64,000 nucleotides of DNA, taken from an uncultured bacterium. GTDB lineage: Bacteria; Actinomycetota; Geothermincolia; Geothermincolales; Geothermincolaceae. Every line of letters starts with the position of its first letter. The stretch's first letter is position 1. Positions 42,016 to 49,856 of this stretch are shown here, in pieces. The notes under the pieces were generated by a model that did no database searches, was not told the origin of the DNA, and worked only from the letters and a program-made list of their open reading frames with translations. Position numbers and translations under genes: made by a program. The DNA lies in assembly GCA_963814495.1 (NCBI GenBank), contig CAWFDJ010000016.1, positions 96,665-160,664 of the forward strand, written 5' to 3'.

Positions 42016-43002
42016 ATGGAAGAGCAGCAGCTACCGAGCGTGCCGGAAAAGAAGCGTAGGAAGTATATCGTCATCATCGCCGCTTCCCTTATTGTGATAG
42101 CAGTAATCGCTACGGCGATAGCATTGTGGCCGGAGAAGAGCATCACGCCCACCAGCGACACCATAGTCGAAGAAGCACTCAACCATGAGGAGTTGATGTC
42201 CAGGGCTCTCGAGGCCGCACGTGAATACATGCCTACGGCAGCATCCCTTACCGTCTTCGACCGCCAGCGGGGCTGGCCGGGGCGGGAGGGGGCTTCGGCG
42301 TGAAGGATGCAGGCGGAGCCGACCTCGGCTTCGTGGCAGTTGACGCGCAAGGCAGACTTTCTTCGGTAGTAGTATTCAGCGGCGACAATATCTCCCTCGG
42401 AGAACAACTTGAGCCTCGAAGAGGCGGAGGATATCGCCGTAGGTATTATTGCAGGCAAGGGTATTGAACCTGAGCTTCTCCTGCTGGAAGAAGCAAATAT
42501 CCACCACCCGAGCGAACATGTAACCGAGTACCAGTTCATGTGTCGTCCTCATATGGCGACGTGCCGGTCTACGATCAAGACGAACTGCTCTATCCGGTTA
42601 TCTCCCGCAGGCGGATCGATAATGTTTTTTGGCCTGCACGGCTCGTTCGTTCTTCCCGACACGGAACCCACCGAAACGATGGTCACGGAGGAGGAAGCAA
42701 CCACACTCGCGTTGGATGAGTTCAGGAAGTCGATGGGAGAATCGGACTCGGAGCAATACTACCAAGGGTCTACAAGCGGCACCGATTTCGTGGTGACAGA
42801 GCCAGTCAAATTGGTATATGTCCAGATGGATGACAGCATCACGCCTCTGGAGGATAGACGCATCAAGAATAATTGTAGGAGAAGATGATGAGAATACATG
42901 TGGGATAGTAGACACGCATAGGATATACGAGGTAAACGCTACTACGGGAGAAGTGATATTTTCCGGGAGAATCCATGTAAGGCTCTCCAAGAAAAAGAAT
43001 AA
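42016..43002 (+). CDS. Membrane-anchored protein with PepSY-like repeats (frameshifted)
   Basis: N-terminal TM YIVIIAASLIVIAVIATAIAL. SLEEAEDIAVGII..., TEEEATTLALDEF... and HRIYEVNATTGEVIFSG. TATAAT at 41934-41939 lies upstream. Confidence 0.5.
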
Positions 43003-43115
43003 AGCGGATGCTTGCACATCCGCTTGTATGCTGGCACCCATCGTGGAGACGTCAGGAGCCCGGACTTCTGATTCGGAGAAGGATATTTACATTCCCGTAC
43101 TGAGTATTGCCAGTT
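43003..43115. repeat. Cassette-boundary element, copy C (most diverged core)
   Basis: AGCGGATG-CTTGCA-CATCCGCT, then TGGCACCCATCGTGGAGACGTCAGGAGCCCGGACTTCTGATTCGG...ACATTCCCGTACTGAGTATTGCCAGT. Confidence 0.75.
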
Positions 43116-43255
43116 GAAGGTATCTGCTTCGTTGAGAGATATAACGTTGCCTTGTTTAACGGTAATTTATGTAGAAGTGAGGAAAAGCAATCTCTCTTGC
43201 TATAATTGGATACAGCATCGGGCTGGCGTTCATGGGCGAAAAGGAGTAGTATTTA

Positions 43256-43479
43256 ATGCTTGTGGTTTTCCAATCATTTGGCCTTCCAGAATTAGGGATT
43301 CTAATTCTTATTTTCCTGATAATCTTTGGAATTCCAATGGCTATTGCAGTTGTAGCCCTTCTAGCAGTAAAGAGTGGCTCAAAGGACAAAGGCCAGAGAA
43401 GCCATATGACACCACCGAACCCTCCTCCAACACAGCCATGGCAACAGGGTTATATTCAACCACCTCAGAAAAAGAATAA
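43256..43479 (+). CDS. Small single-TM Pro/Gln-rich protein (3' end uncertain)
   Basis: RBS AAAGGAG. MLVVFQSFGLPELGILILIFLIIFGIPMAIAVVALLAV, then PPNPPPTQPWQQGYIQPPQ. TATAAT at 43201-43206. Confidence 0.4.
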
Positions 43480-43595
43480 GCGGATGCTTGCACATCCGCT
43501 TGTATTGCTGGCACCCCACCGTAGGACGACGACTCGAATCAGACTGATGAATGCAGATCAGGATATCAGCATCCCAATTCTGCTGTTGCCAGCTA
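43479..43595. repeat. Cassette-boundary element, copy D
   Basis: AGCGGATGCTTGCACATCCGCT, then TGGCACCCCACCGTAGGACGACGACTCGAATCAGACTGATGAATGCAGAT...ATCAGCATCCCAATTCTGCTGTTGCCAGC. It contains GACTCGAA, as in the tRNA T-loop region. Confidence 0.8.
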
Positions 43596-43701
43596 AAGAA
43601 CCCCCTTAGCCTGAACTGAAAAGCAATACTACCTCACGGATGATAAAATGTTCATAAGGGAATAGGGCGACATATAGGCTGGTGAAAGCTTGATAGCCTT
43701 C

Positions 43702-44324
43702 ATGGACGAGAGCAGAGTAAGAAATCTCTTCAAAAAGTGGCTGGAGCCTGACGAGGAGGGTCTTGCCATAGGAAAGGCATACAACAAGAACTGGTACACT
43801 TGTTATTACACCTGCCAGACCAGCCGAAGGATGCTGTTCATGCGTTGGAATCCTAGTGACAAGAAGTTCGTTGTCAAAGACAAGCCGTTCGATCAATACA
43901 GCAGCTTCATGCAGAGAAAGAGAATCATCGCAATCCCCTTTGACCACCCCTACCTGATTGGGAAGAAAGAACTGGGGATATATGAAAGACTGTTACAGGT
44001 TGCACGAACTGGGATTCCTCAGGGAGAGAGCCTAATAACTATGGCGAGAGTAAACAAAGGCTCCCTCAGCCACTTGCTTGTCATTAGTAATAATAGTCTT
44101 GTGATCTTCAGGATTGATAGAAAAAGTCTTGAGTCCTTAGCACGCAGGTGCATAATCTAGCAGATCTTAAAGAACTCTCATTTCTTAATGGCAAGAGGCG
44201 AGTAGTCATGGAGGTTCCGTTTGAGAAATGTCCAGGACTCACAGTGAAACTGAAGACCGCTGATGGTCAAACTGAGTCATATAGAATAAGGGACATATTA
44301 GGATGGGGTGGTATGCCTGCTTGA
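43702..44324 (+). CDS. Hypothetical protein with bacterial PH-like (YokE/GRAM-like) pattern (frameshifted)
   Basis: MDESRVRNLFKKWLEPDEEGLAIGKAYNKNWYTCYYTCQTSRRMLFMRW... The C-terminal part ...VMEVPFEKCPGLTVKLKTADGQTESYRIRDILGWGGMPA is in another frame. Confidence 0.4.
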
Positions 44325-44374
44325 TGAAGCTAGACCTTGTGGTTCGCATTATGGAGATACGATACATTATGAAT

Positions 44375-44490
44375 AAGCAGGGGCTTTCACCCCTGCTTAG
44401 TTTGCTGGCACCCATCGTGGACGACGTTGAGAACCAGAATCATGGAAGAAGTGCAGGATATCAACATTCCTATGCTGCTTGTTGCCAGCT
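44375..44490. repeat. Cassette-boundary element, copy E
   Basis: Different hairpin stem with a similar loop: AAGCAGGGG-CTTTCA-CCCCTGCTT. Then TGGCACCCATCGTGGACGACGTTGAGAACCAGAATCATGG...CAGGATATCAACATTCC...TTGCCAGC. Confidence 0.8.
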
Positions 44491-44632
44491 GAAAAGACCC
44501 CTTCAGCAGAGTTGACAAAGCAATGCTATCTTCATGGATGAGTAAAATGCCAATGAGGGAGAAGCCGTTTAAACTGCGCTAATAATTCGAATTAGGGCAT
44601 GAGTGAAGAGGGCAGAAGCAATGCTTAAGTTC

Positions 44633-45256
44633 ATGGATGAGGAGAGGGTCAAGAAGGGGATTCAAGAAACCCTGCAATCTGGTGAAACCCTCCAATCGGT
44701 CGGCAAGGCAATGAATAGAAGGTGGGGCTTCCGATACTATACTGGGTTTACCAATAATAGAGCGGTGCTTTTCCACATGGGTCGGAGCAGCACCTTATCG
44801 CAGCAGATTCATGCCCCTCTCTGGACTTGATAATTATGTAGAGGAGAAAGGTATTGAGTTACTGCCCTTTGATGCCCCCTTCATAGCTAGAAGAGGGCGT
44901 TAGTAATCTAGAGATTAGAGATGCTAAGCGAACATCTCGAACAAGGCGAGAGACTGATTAGCATGACTCGAGCCAATGGGGGCTTCCTGCATTATTGCTT
45001 AGGCTTTACTGGCCAACGGATAATCATGATAGAATCACCATCAAGGATGCAAACGAAAGGGCTTAATACAATAACTATAGAAGTATGAAAGATATTCATG
45101 CCACAGGGGTTTGGCCCTTAATAAGAGATGTAGTGATTGATGTACCTTTAGAATTGGTGGTTCGGAAAAGGAATGATAATTGAGTTCCAAAACGGAAACA
45201 CAAAGAGATTCAGGTTCGTAAACAGTGGCTTTATTAGCATGTACAATCCAGCATGA
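44633..45256 (+). CDS. Paralogue of 43702-44324 (heavily frameshifted, possibly a pseudogene)
   Basis: FMDEERVKKGIQETLQSGETLQSVGKAMNRRWGFRYYTGFTNNRAVLFHM. The C-terminal piece is ...IIEFQNGNTKRFRFVNSGFISMYNPA. The upstream leader is also homologous to that of the previous module. Confidence 0.35.
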
Positions 45257-45274
45257 GAGGAACTCAAAGCATAA

Positions 45275-45389
45275 AGCGGATGCTTGCACATCCGCTTTTA
45301 TTGCTGGCACCCATCGTGGACGACGTTAGAACCAGACTGATGAATTCGGAGCAGGATTTCTTCATCCCCGATTCTGTGTATTGCCAGCT
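45275..45389. repeat. Cassette-boundary element, copy F
   Basis: AGCGGATGCTTGCACATCCGCTTTTATTGC, then TGGCACCCATCGTGGACGACGTTAGAACCAGACTGATGAATTCGG...TTCATCCCCGATTCTGTGTATTGCCAGC. Confidence 0.8.
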
Positions 45390-45602
45390 GAGCGCATCCC
45401 CAAGCCCAAGCAGGGAACCAAACCCCATTATGCGATATAATAATGCAAGCACAGGCATAAATGGATGTTAGACGGTTAGGAAGGGGCAGGAACGGAATTA
45501 TTTCCTTCTGGTGTGGTTTATCCCACTCAGGCGACTTGTCCTTGTATTCATTGAGGAGAAAAAGAGGAGGGAGAAGACCGCAGAGAAAGCTAGTGGGAAG
45601 TG

Positions 45603-46054
45603 ATGGAGAAAAGGGAGTATAAGGATTTCACCAATTCCCTGGAGGAGAACTAGATAATGCATGATGGAATCCCAAACAGAGGCTTTGTCGAAGCGGTGCG
45701 CCAGTCCGAGCAACTCCTCCTCGAGGGACGATAAAGAACTCTACCAATACTTTCACAATAGCTTTCTATCGAAACGACAGCAGTTTGCACCCCACCCTTC
45801 AGAGAAGCTTATTGCCTTTAATAATAGCACCCATCCCCATAGTCATTATCGTGTTTTTTGTGTTTATAGTATGATCATCGCTGATCTTGATAAGCTTTAC
45901 ATCGCAATCCTTCTTTGCCACCCCCATCATCGTCAATTGGCGCACTTATCCTGCTTGGACTCACATGATCCAGAAAAGCGATTGAGAGATTGCTGAAGCA
46001 AGATCTGGAACTGCTCGCCAAGGGCAATGTGATAATAGATTCTCTGAATTCATA
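45603..46054 (+). CDS. Hypothetical small membrane protein (several frame changes; weak call)
   Basis: MEKREYKDFTNSLEEN..., hydrophobic IAPIPIVIIVFFVFIV, and the tail ERLLKQDLELLAKGNVIIDSLNS. TATAAT at 45436-45441. Confidence 0.25.
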
Positions 46055-46077
46055 GGATTAAAGAAAAAGCGGATGTT

Positions 46078-46192
46078 TGCACATCCGCTTTTATTGCTGG
46101 CACCCCATCGTGGACGACGTTAGAACCAGACTGATGGATATAGGGCATGATGTATACATTCCTATTCTGGGGTAGCCATCTGAAAAGGCCTA
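46078..46192. repeat. Cassette-boundary element, copy G (distal end degenerate)
   Basis: AGCGGATGTTTGCACATCCGCTTTTATTGC, then TGGCACCCCATCGTGGACGACGTTAGAACCAGACTGATGGAT...ACATTCCTATTCTGGGGTAGCCATC. Confidence 0.75.
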
Positions 46193-46275
46193 GAGGGATT
46201 GTTATCTCAGTCATGCGAATACTAAGCGGGAATTCTTTGTCTCAACAGAATCTTCACAAGGCTTCTGGACTTCAG

Positions 46276-47693
46276 TCAATTTTTTTGTTCGTACAAGACG
46301 CTCGCATCATTTAAAACTCTTTCTTCTCCTTCTCTCGCTCGCTCCCCTAAAACCTTAACGTCAAAACGCACCGCACCGGCTCCGGTGAAGGTCTTCGCCA
46401 TTCTCCATCTTCCGCCCTCCCAAAAGCCACATACCATGCAGAAGGATAAGTACCATTTGCACTCGACATCGCCGATGTACTTGTCCAATAATAGGGATAG
46501 TCAGCCTTTCCACCATCGTTTATAATACCGGTACAACTGAACAGTGCATTTATTGCGGGTCCTACATTGGCAGAGTTTGTTGCATAGGGCGAACGGGTGT
46601 AATCTACAAGACTTTGAAGTTCTTTTGCGTTAGGTAACCGCCAATCGTTGTGTCCCAGATAATTTGCTTTATTCTGCGTTTGAGCATAAGCCAGTGCGTG
46701 TTCCCAATCCATACCCGAACCGTTGTCGGTTTGTTGCCACATCAAGCCGGTAGCCAAATCGGAAATAGTTCCGTCGCCATTGTTTTGGAATAAATTGACG
46801 CCATACGCAAGATTGCCACGTACACAACGAACAAAGATGCTTTGGGCCTAGCACTGATGCTATACGCTTTAATATGTCCTGTGCCAAAATTCACACCGAA
46901 GGCAAGTTCTGCGCCGGGAGTTTTCCTCGCTTATATTGCCCATTACTCCGGTATATTTGTCGCTGCTCCAGAAAATGGCATGGCTGAGTTCTTCCTCACT
47001 GCTGTAATTGATGGTAAAATATTCTGTATCAATATAAGGCCAGCCGATACTTCCATTCCATAAAGAGTATAGTTCCTTTATGGTTGGCAACTCGCCAGTC
47101 GTTGTAGCCACCGTAGTTTTGTTTGTTCAGATTGTCAACTACGGTTTGAGTTCTGCCCAGTAATAAGTGCCACTGTCATGGCTTTGCTGCCAGGTTAAGC
47201 CGGTAACTTCGTCTTTAACGGTAAGTCCATCGCTGCTTTTAGGTGTAAACAGGCGTTGTATGTGTGAACTGAGCATCTTGTCCTAAAAGTGCATCGGGCG
47301 TAGGAGCAGTGATACTGTTGCCGTTGCCGTCCAAGAAACCAGCTTGACTTGTGCCAACGATCGGATAGCTCGATTTACGTGGAGGTTTCGCGAAAAATCT
47401 GTGAATCTCATGGGTGTTGGAAGAGGTTGAAGCTCCGTATGCCTTACAAGGCCCATAATTAGTGTACCACATTACTAATGTAATTCGCCCATGAGCACGG
47501 GAGAGAAGCTGTTTCTTTTGCACCAATTTAGCGACCCATAGGTTACGATGTATTTCGTATTACGCCATTCCCCAACCTTGTTATTAATCCGGTTATTTGG
47601 CCACATAATCGACGAGCCATCATAACCATCCTGCAAATCACCCTTGCAGGTTTGGACGAATCGGCCTTCTAAGTCTTGCCCATTGTTATGCAT
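46276..47693 (-). CDS. DUF1566 (Lcl C-terminal-like) repeat protein (several frame changes)
   Basis: GHNDWRLPNAKELQSLVDY, ELPTIKELYSLWN and YYWTSTS...AWYVAFG. Fragments are ORFs 47475.., 47239.., 46869.., 46347.. and 46276... Confidence 0.65.
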
Positions 47694-47718
47694 TCAAGCC
47701 GTAACACAGGAAAAGAAA

Positions 47719-47741
47719 AAGCGGATGCTTGCACATCCGCT
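47719..47741 (-). terminator. Terminator hairpin of tRNA-Arg, identical to the hairpin of repeat copies C, D and F
   Basis: AGCGGATGCTTGCACATCCGCT flanked by A-run and T-run (bidirectional). It is 8 nt from the tRNA CCA end. Confidence 0.75.
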
Positions 47742-47749
47742 TTTATTGC

Positions 47750-47826
47750 TGGCACGCCCGGAGGGACTCGAACCCCCAACCTGCTGGTCCGTAGCCAACC
47801 GCTCTATCCAATTGAGCTACGGGCGC
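47750..47826 (-). tRNA. tRNA-Arg (anticodon ACG), CCA encoded
   Basis: GCGCCCGTAGCTCAATTGGATAGAGC-G-GTTGG-CTACGGA-CCAGC-AGGTT-GGGGGTTCGAGTCCCTC-CGGGCGT-G-CCA. Upstream extended -10 TGCTAGAAT. Confidence 0.9.
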
Positions 47827-47839
47827 ACATATCAGGAGG

Positions 47840-48276
47840 TTATTCTAGCACCGCGGCGGGGCACCGGCAACCGACGGCCGGGACCGGGGCGTCCGCCGCG
47901 CCGGAAGTGCCTAGTCCTGAAGTCAGCTTGGCTTTCTTCGCGTCGTACTGCTCCTGGGTGATGGCACCCTTCTCCTTCAACTGCTCGAGCTTGAAGAGCT
48001 GGTCCGTCTCATGGGAGGCCCGGGCGTATTCGACGTCCTCCTCCATCTTCTTCTGCCGCTCCAGGTCCTTCTCGGTCAGGCTGAAGGGGCGGGCGATCCA
48101 GTAGACGAACACCCCGAGGAACGGCAGGAAGATGATGAAGAAGAGCCAAAACGCCACCAACCAGCCGCTCATATCCCTCTGGAACAGGTCCATCAGGTGA
48201 ACACCCACAGCATGATCAGGGGTATCCAGATCAGCATCAGAAAGAACCCGGCCCAGAAATTTTCCATTCCCAGCAT
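47840..48276 (-). CDS. PLDc_N + SHOCT two-domain small membrane protein (frameshift near 48200)
   Basis: MLGMENFWAGFFLMLIWIPLIML.., LMDLFQRDMSGWLVAFWLFFIIFLPFLGVFVYWIARP and LFKLEQLKEKGAITQEQYDAKKAKL. Confidence 0.65.
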
Positions 48277-48334
48277 CTCAACCTCCTCTATTCAGTCGAA
48301 CAACCATTCCTTCCAACATCCGTACCAAACGTCG

Positions 48335-48560
48335 TCAATACGTCACGGGGCGGTCATACCTGACGGGACGCGCGACCCAGTACACGATCGACCCCGATGA
48401 ACGGGAAGAAGATGATGAAGAAGAGCCACAGGACCAGCATCCACCAGGTCATGTAGCGACGGTGGAACAGGTCCCACAGGGTGTAGCCCCACATCATGAT
48501 CAGGGGCATAAAGATTATCAGGAGCAAGAAGCCTGCCCAGAAATTGTCCATCGCCAGCAT
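48335..48560 (-). CDS. Small PLDc_N-domain membrane protein (frameshift near 48385)
   Basis: MLAMDNFWAGFLLLIIFMPLIMMWGYTLWDLFHRRYMTWWMLVLWLFFIIFFPFIG, then SIVYWVARP in the adjacent frame. Confidence 0.6.
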
Positions 48561-48708
48561 CCCGACCTCCTTTTTACAAACCCTGCCAACCTGACCGACC
48601 CGGTTAATTATAACCTATCAGGCATGTTTTCAAACGTAGGGTGGGCCGAGAGCTGGATTGCTTCGCTCGCAATGACACGGGGGCCTGCGCCCGCGATGAC
48701 ACAGGGAC

Positions 48709-49677
48709 CTATTCGTCCTCGGCCTCGTCGCTCTCCGGGATCATCCCGGGCGACGGGGCCTCCTCCGTCCTGGTGATGACCGCGGGCTCCCAGCGTCTCT
48801 GCAGGGTCTGCACTATCTCCGCCCCGAAGAAGATGAAGATGCCCACAATGTACAGCCAGAGCACGATGCCGATGACGATGCCCATGGACCCGTACAAGGC
48901 CTGGGTGGAGGAGATCTTGGTGAAGTAGATGCCCAGCAGGTATTCGGCTAAGTCCAGCAGCAGGGCCATGGGCAGGGCCGCCCAGAGGATCTCCTTCCAG
49001 CCCGGCTTGTTCTTGGGGATGGTCCGGTAGAGCAGGGCGAAGATGAGCATGGTGGCCAACGGGCTGACGATGTGGCTGGCTACCACCATCAGGCTGGAGA
49101 GGATCGGCCCTGTATGCTCGTTCACCCAGGAGAACAGATGGGTGGTGATGAAGGTGATGCCAGCCCGATGATGGCCACCAGCATTATCATCACCATCAGG
49201 GCGACGGAGTAGACCTTCTTGGCGATGTAGCTGCGTTGTTTCATCCCCCAGGCGGCCTCGAAGCCCAGCTGGAAGGAGTAGGTGATGCGGCTCATCGACC
49301 AGAGCAGGCCGATGAACCCGATGATTCCCAGGGTGCCGCGCAGGCGTTGTATGCTCTCCACGGAGGCCTGGGTGGTCCCCTGCATATCCGGCAGGGCTCG
49401 CTTGATGGCGTCGATCACCGACTGCATGGTCCCCGGGTCGTATTGGAAGATGTAGCCGACGATGGCGAAGATGAACAGTACCAGGGGGAAGAGGCCCAGG
49501 AAGGCGGAGTAGGCGAAGTTGCCGGCGTGCAGGGTCATCTTGTCCTTTATGAAACCTTCCCCGGACTCGTAGAGGACGTCCAGCCACCCGAACCGCCCGC
49601 GGGCTATCTGCAGACGCTTGAAGAGCTCCTCGCCCCGGCTCATGTATTCCCCGGTGAGCTCTTCCTTCTTGCTTCAT
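48709..49677 (-). CDS. YihY/BrkB-family membrane protein (frameshifted)
   Basis: HAGNFAYSAFLGLFPLVLF and GIIGFIGLLWS. C-terminal ...LWLYIVGIFIFFGAEIV. Confidence 0.7.
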   Translation of the reverse strand: MKQEGRAHRGIHEPGRGALQASADSPRAVRVAGRPLRVRGRFHKGQDDPARRQLRLLRLPGPLPPGTVHLRHRRLHLPIRPGDHAVGDRRHQASPAGYAGDHPGLRGEHTTPARHPGNHRVHRPALVDEPHHLLLPAGLRGRLGDETTQLHRQEGLLRRPDGDDNAGGHHRAGITFITTHLFSWVNEHTGPILSSLMVVASHIVSPLATMLIFALLYRTIPKNKPGWKEILWAALPMALLLDLAEYLLGIYFTKISSTQALYGSMGIVIGIVLWLYIVGIFIFFGAEIVQTLQRRWEPAVITRTEEAPSPGMIPESDEAEDE

Positions 49678-49856
49678 GGTTCTTCGTTCAGCAACGGTCC
49701 TTGAGCGGCATGTCTCGTGCCTGCCGTTCCCGTGTTCGGCCTGTCATACTCTACCATAAATACTGCGGGCGCACTACCGGCCGTGTTTCCGCCGGTCGGA
49801 GCGGGGTATGGGATACGTGTATGGCTTTCCAGGTACCCGGCTGGAGGGAGGTCGGC

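Noticed and set aside
43256-43609. 117-aa ORF reading through the hairpin and boundary repeat D (similarly 42818-43117 and 47644-47961)
   Set aside because: The distal parts translate the conserved repeat or the tRNA in an arbitrary frame (KRMLAHPL... recurs in several ORFs). The real genes most likely stop at the TAA just before each hairpin.
40923-46192. CTGATGA followed by a hairpin in the boundary repeats looked like a hammerhead ribozyme core
   Set aside because: The heptamer is not conserved (AATCATGA in B and E, TTCTGATT in C), and no GAAA or cleavage-site helix follows the hairpin.
40884-46192. Canonical integron attC sites / CALIN
   Set aside because: I could not find the RYYYAAC and GTTRRRY core boxes at the element ends; the nearest match is GTTCTAAC, which is internal. 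No intI-like gene or attI is visible, and several cassettes have their own promoters. The integron analogy is kept only as an analogy in the findings.
40923-46192. Boundary cores as bona fide or pseudo-tRNA genes
   Set aside because: Apart from an acceptor-like terminal stem and a T-loop-like octamer in copy D, I could not fold any copy into a cloverleaf by hand. No anticodon arm or consistent D and T stems were found.
40884-47741. Regularly recurring repeat could be a CRISPR array
   Set aside because: The repeats are ~115 bp, imperfect and 0.5-1.6 kb apart. The intervals contain ORFs with RBSs. No cas genes are present.
40923-47755. TGGCAC in every repeat resembles the sigma-54 -24 element
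   Set aside because: No TTGC(A/T) -12 element occurs 4-5 nt downstream. The TTGC precedes TGGCAC instead, and TGGCAC is simply the complement of the tRNA GTGCCA end.
26000-47826. tadA and its substrate tRNA-Arg(ACG) occurring in the same window
   Set aside because: They are 21 kb apart with unrelated genes between them. Both are universal housekeeping functions, so this is most likely coincidence.
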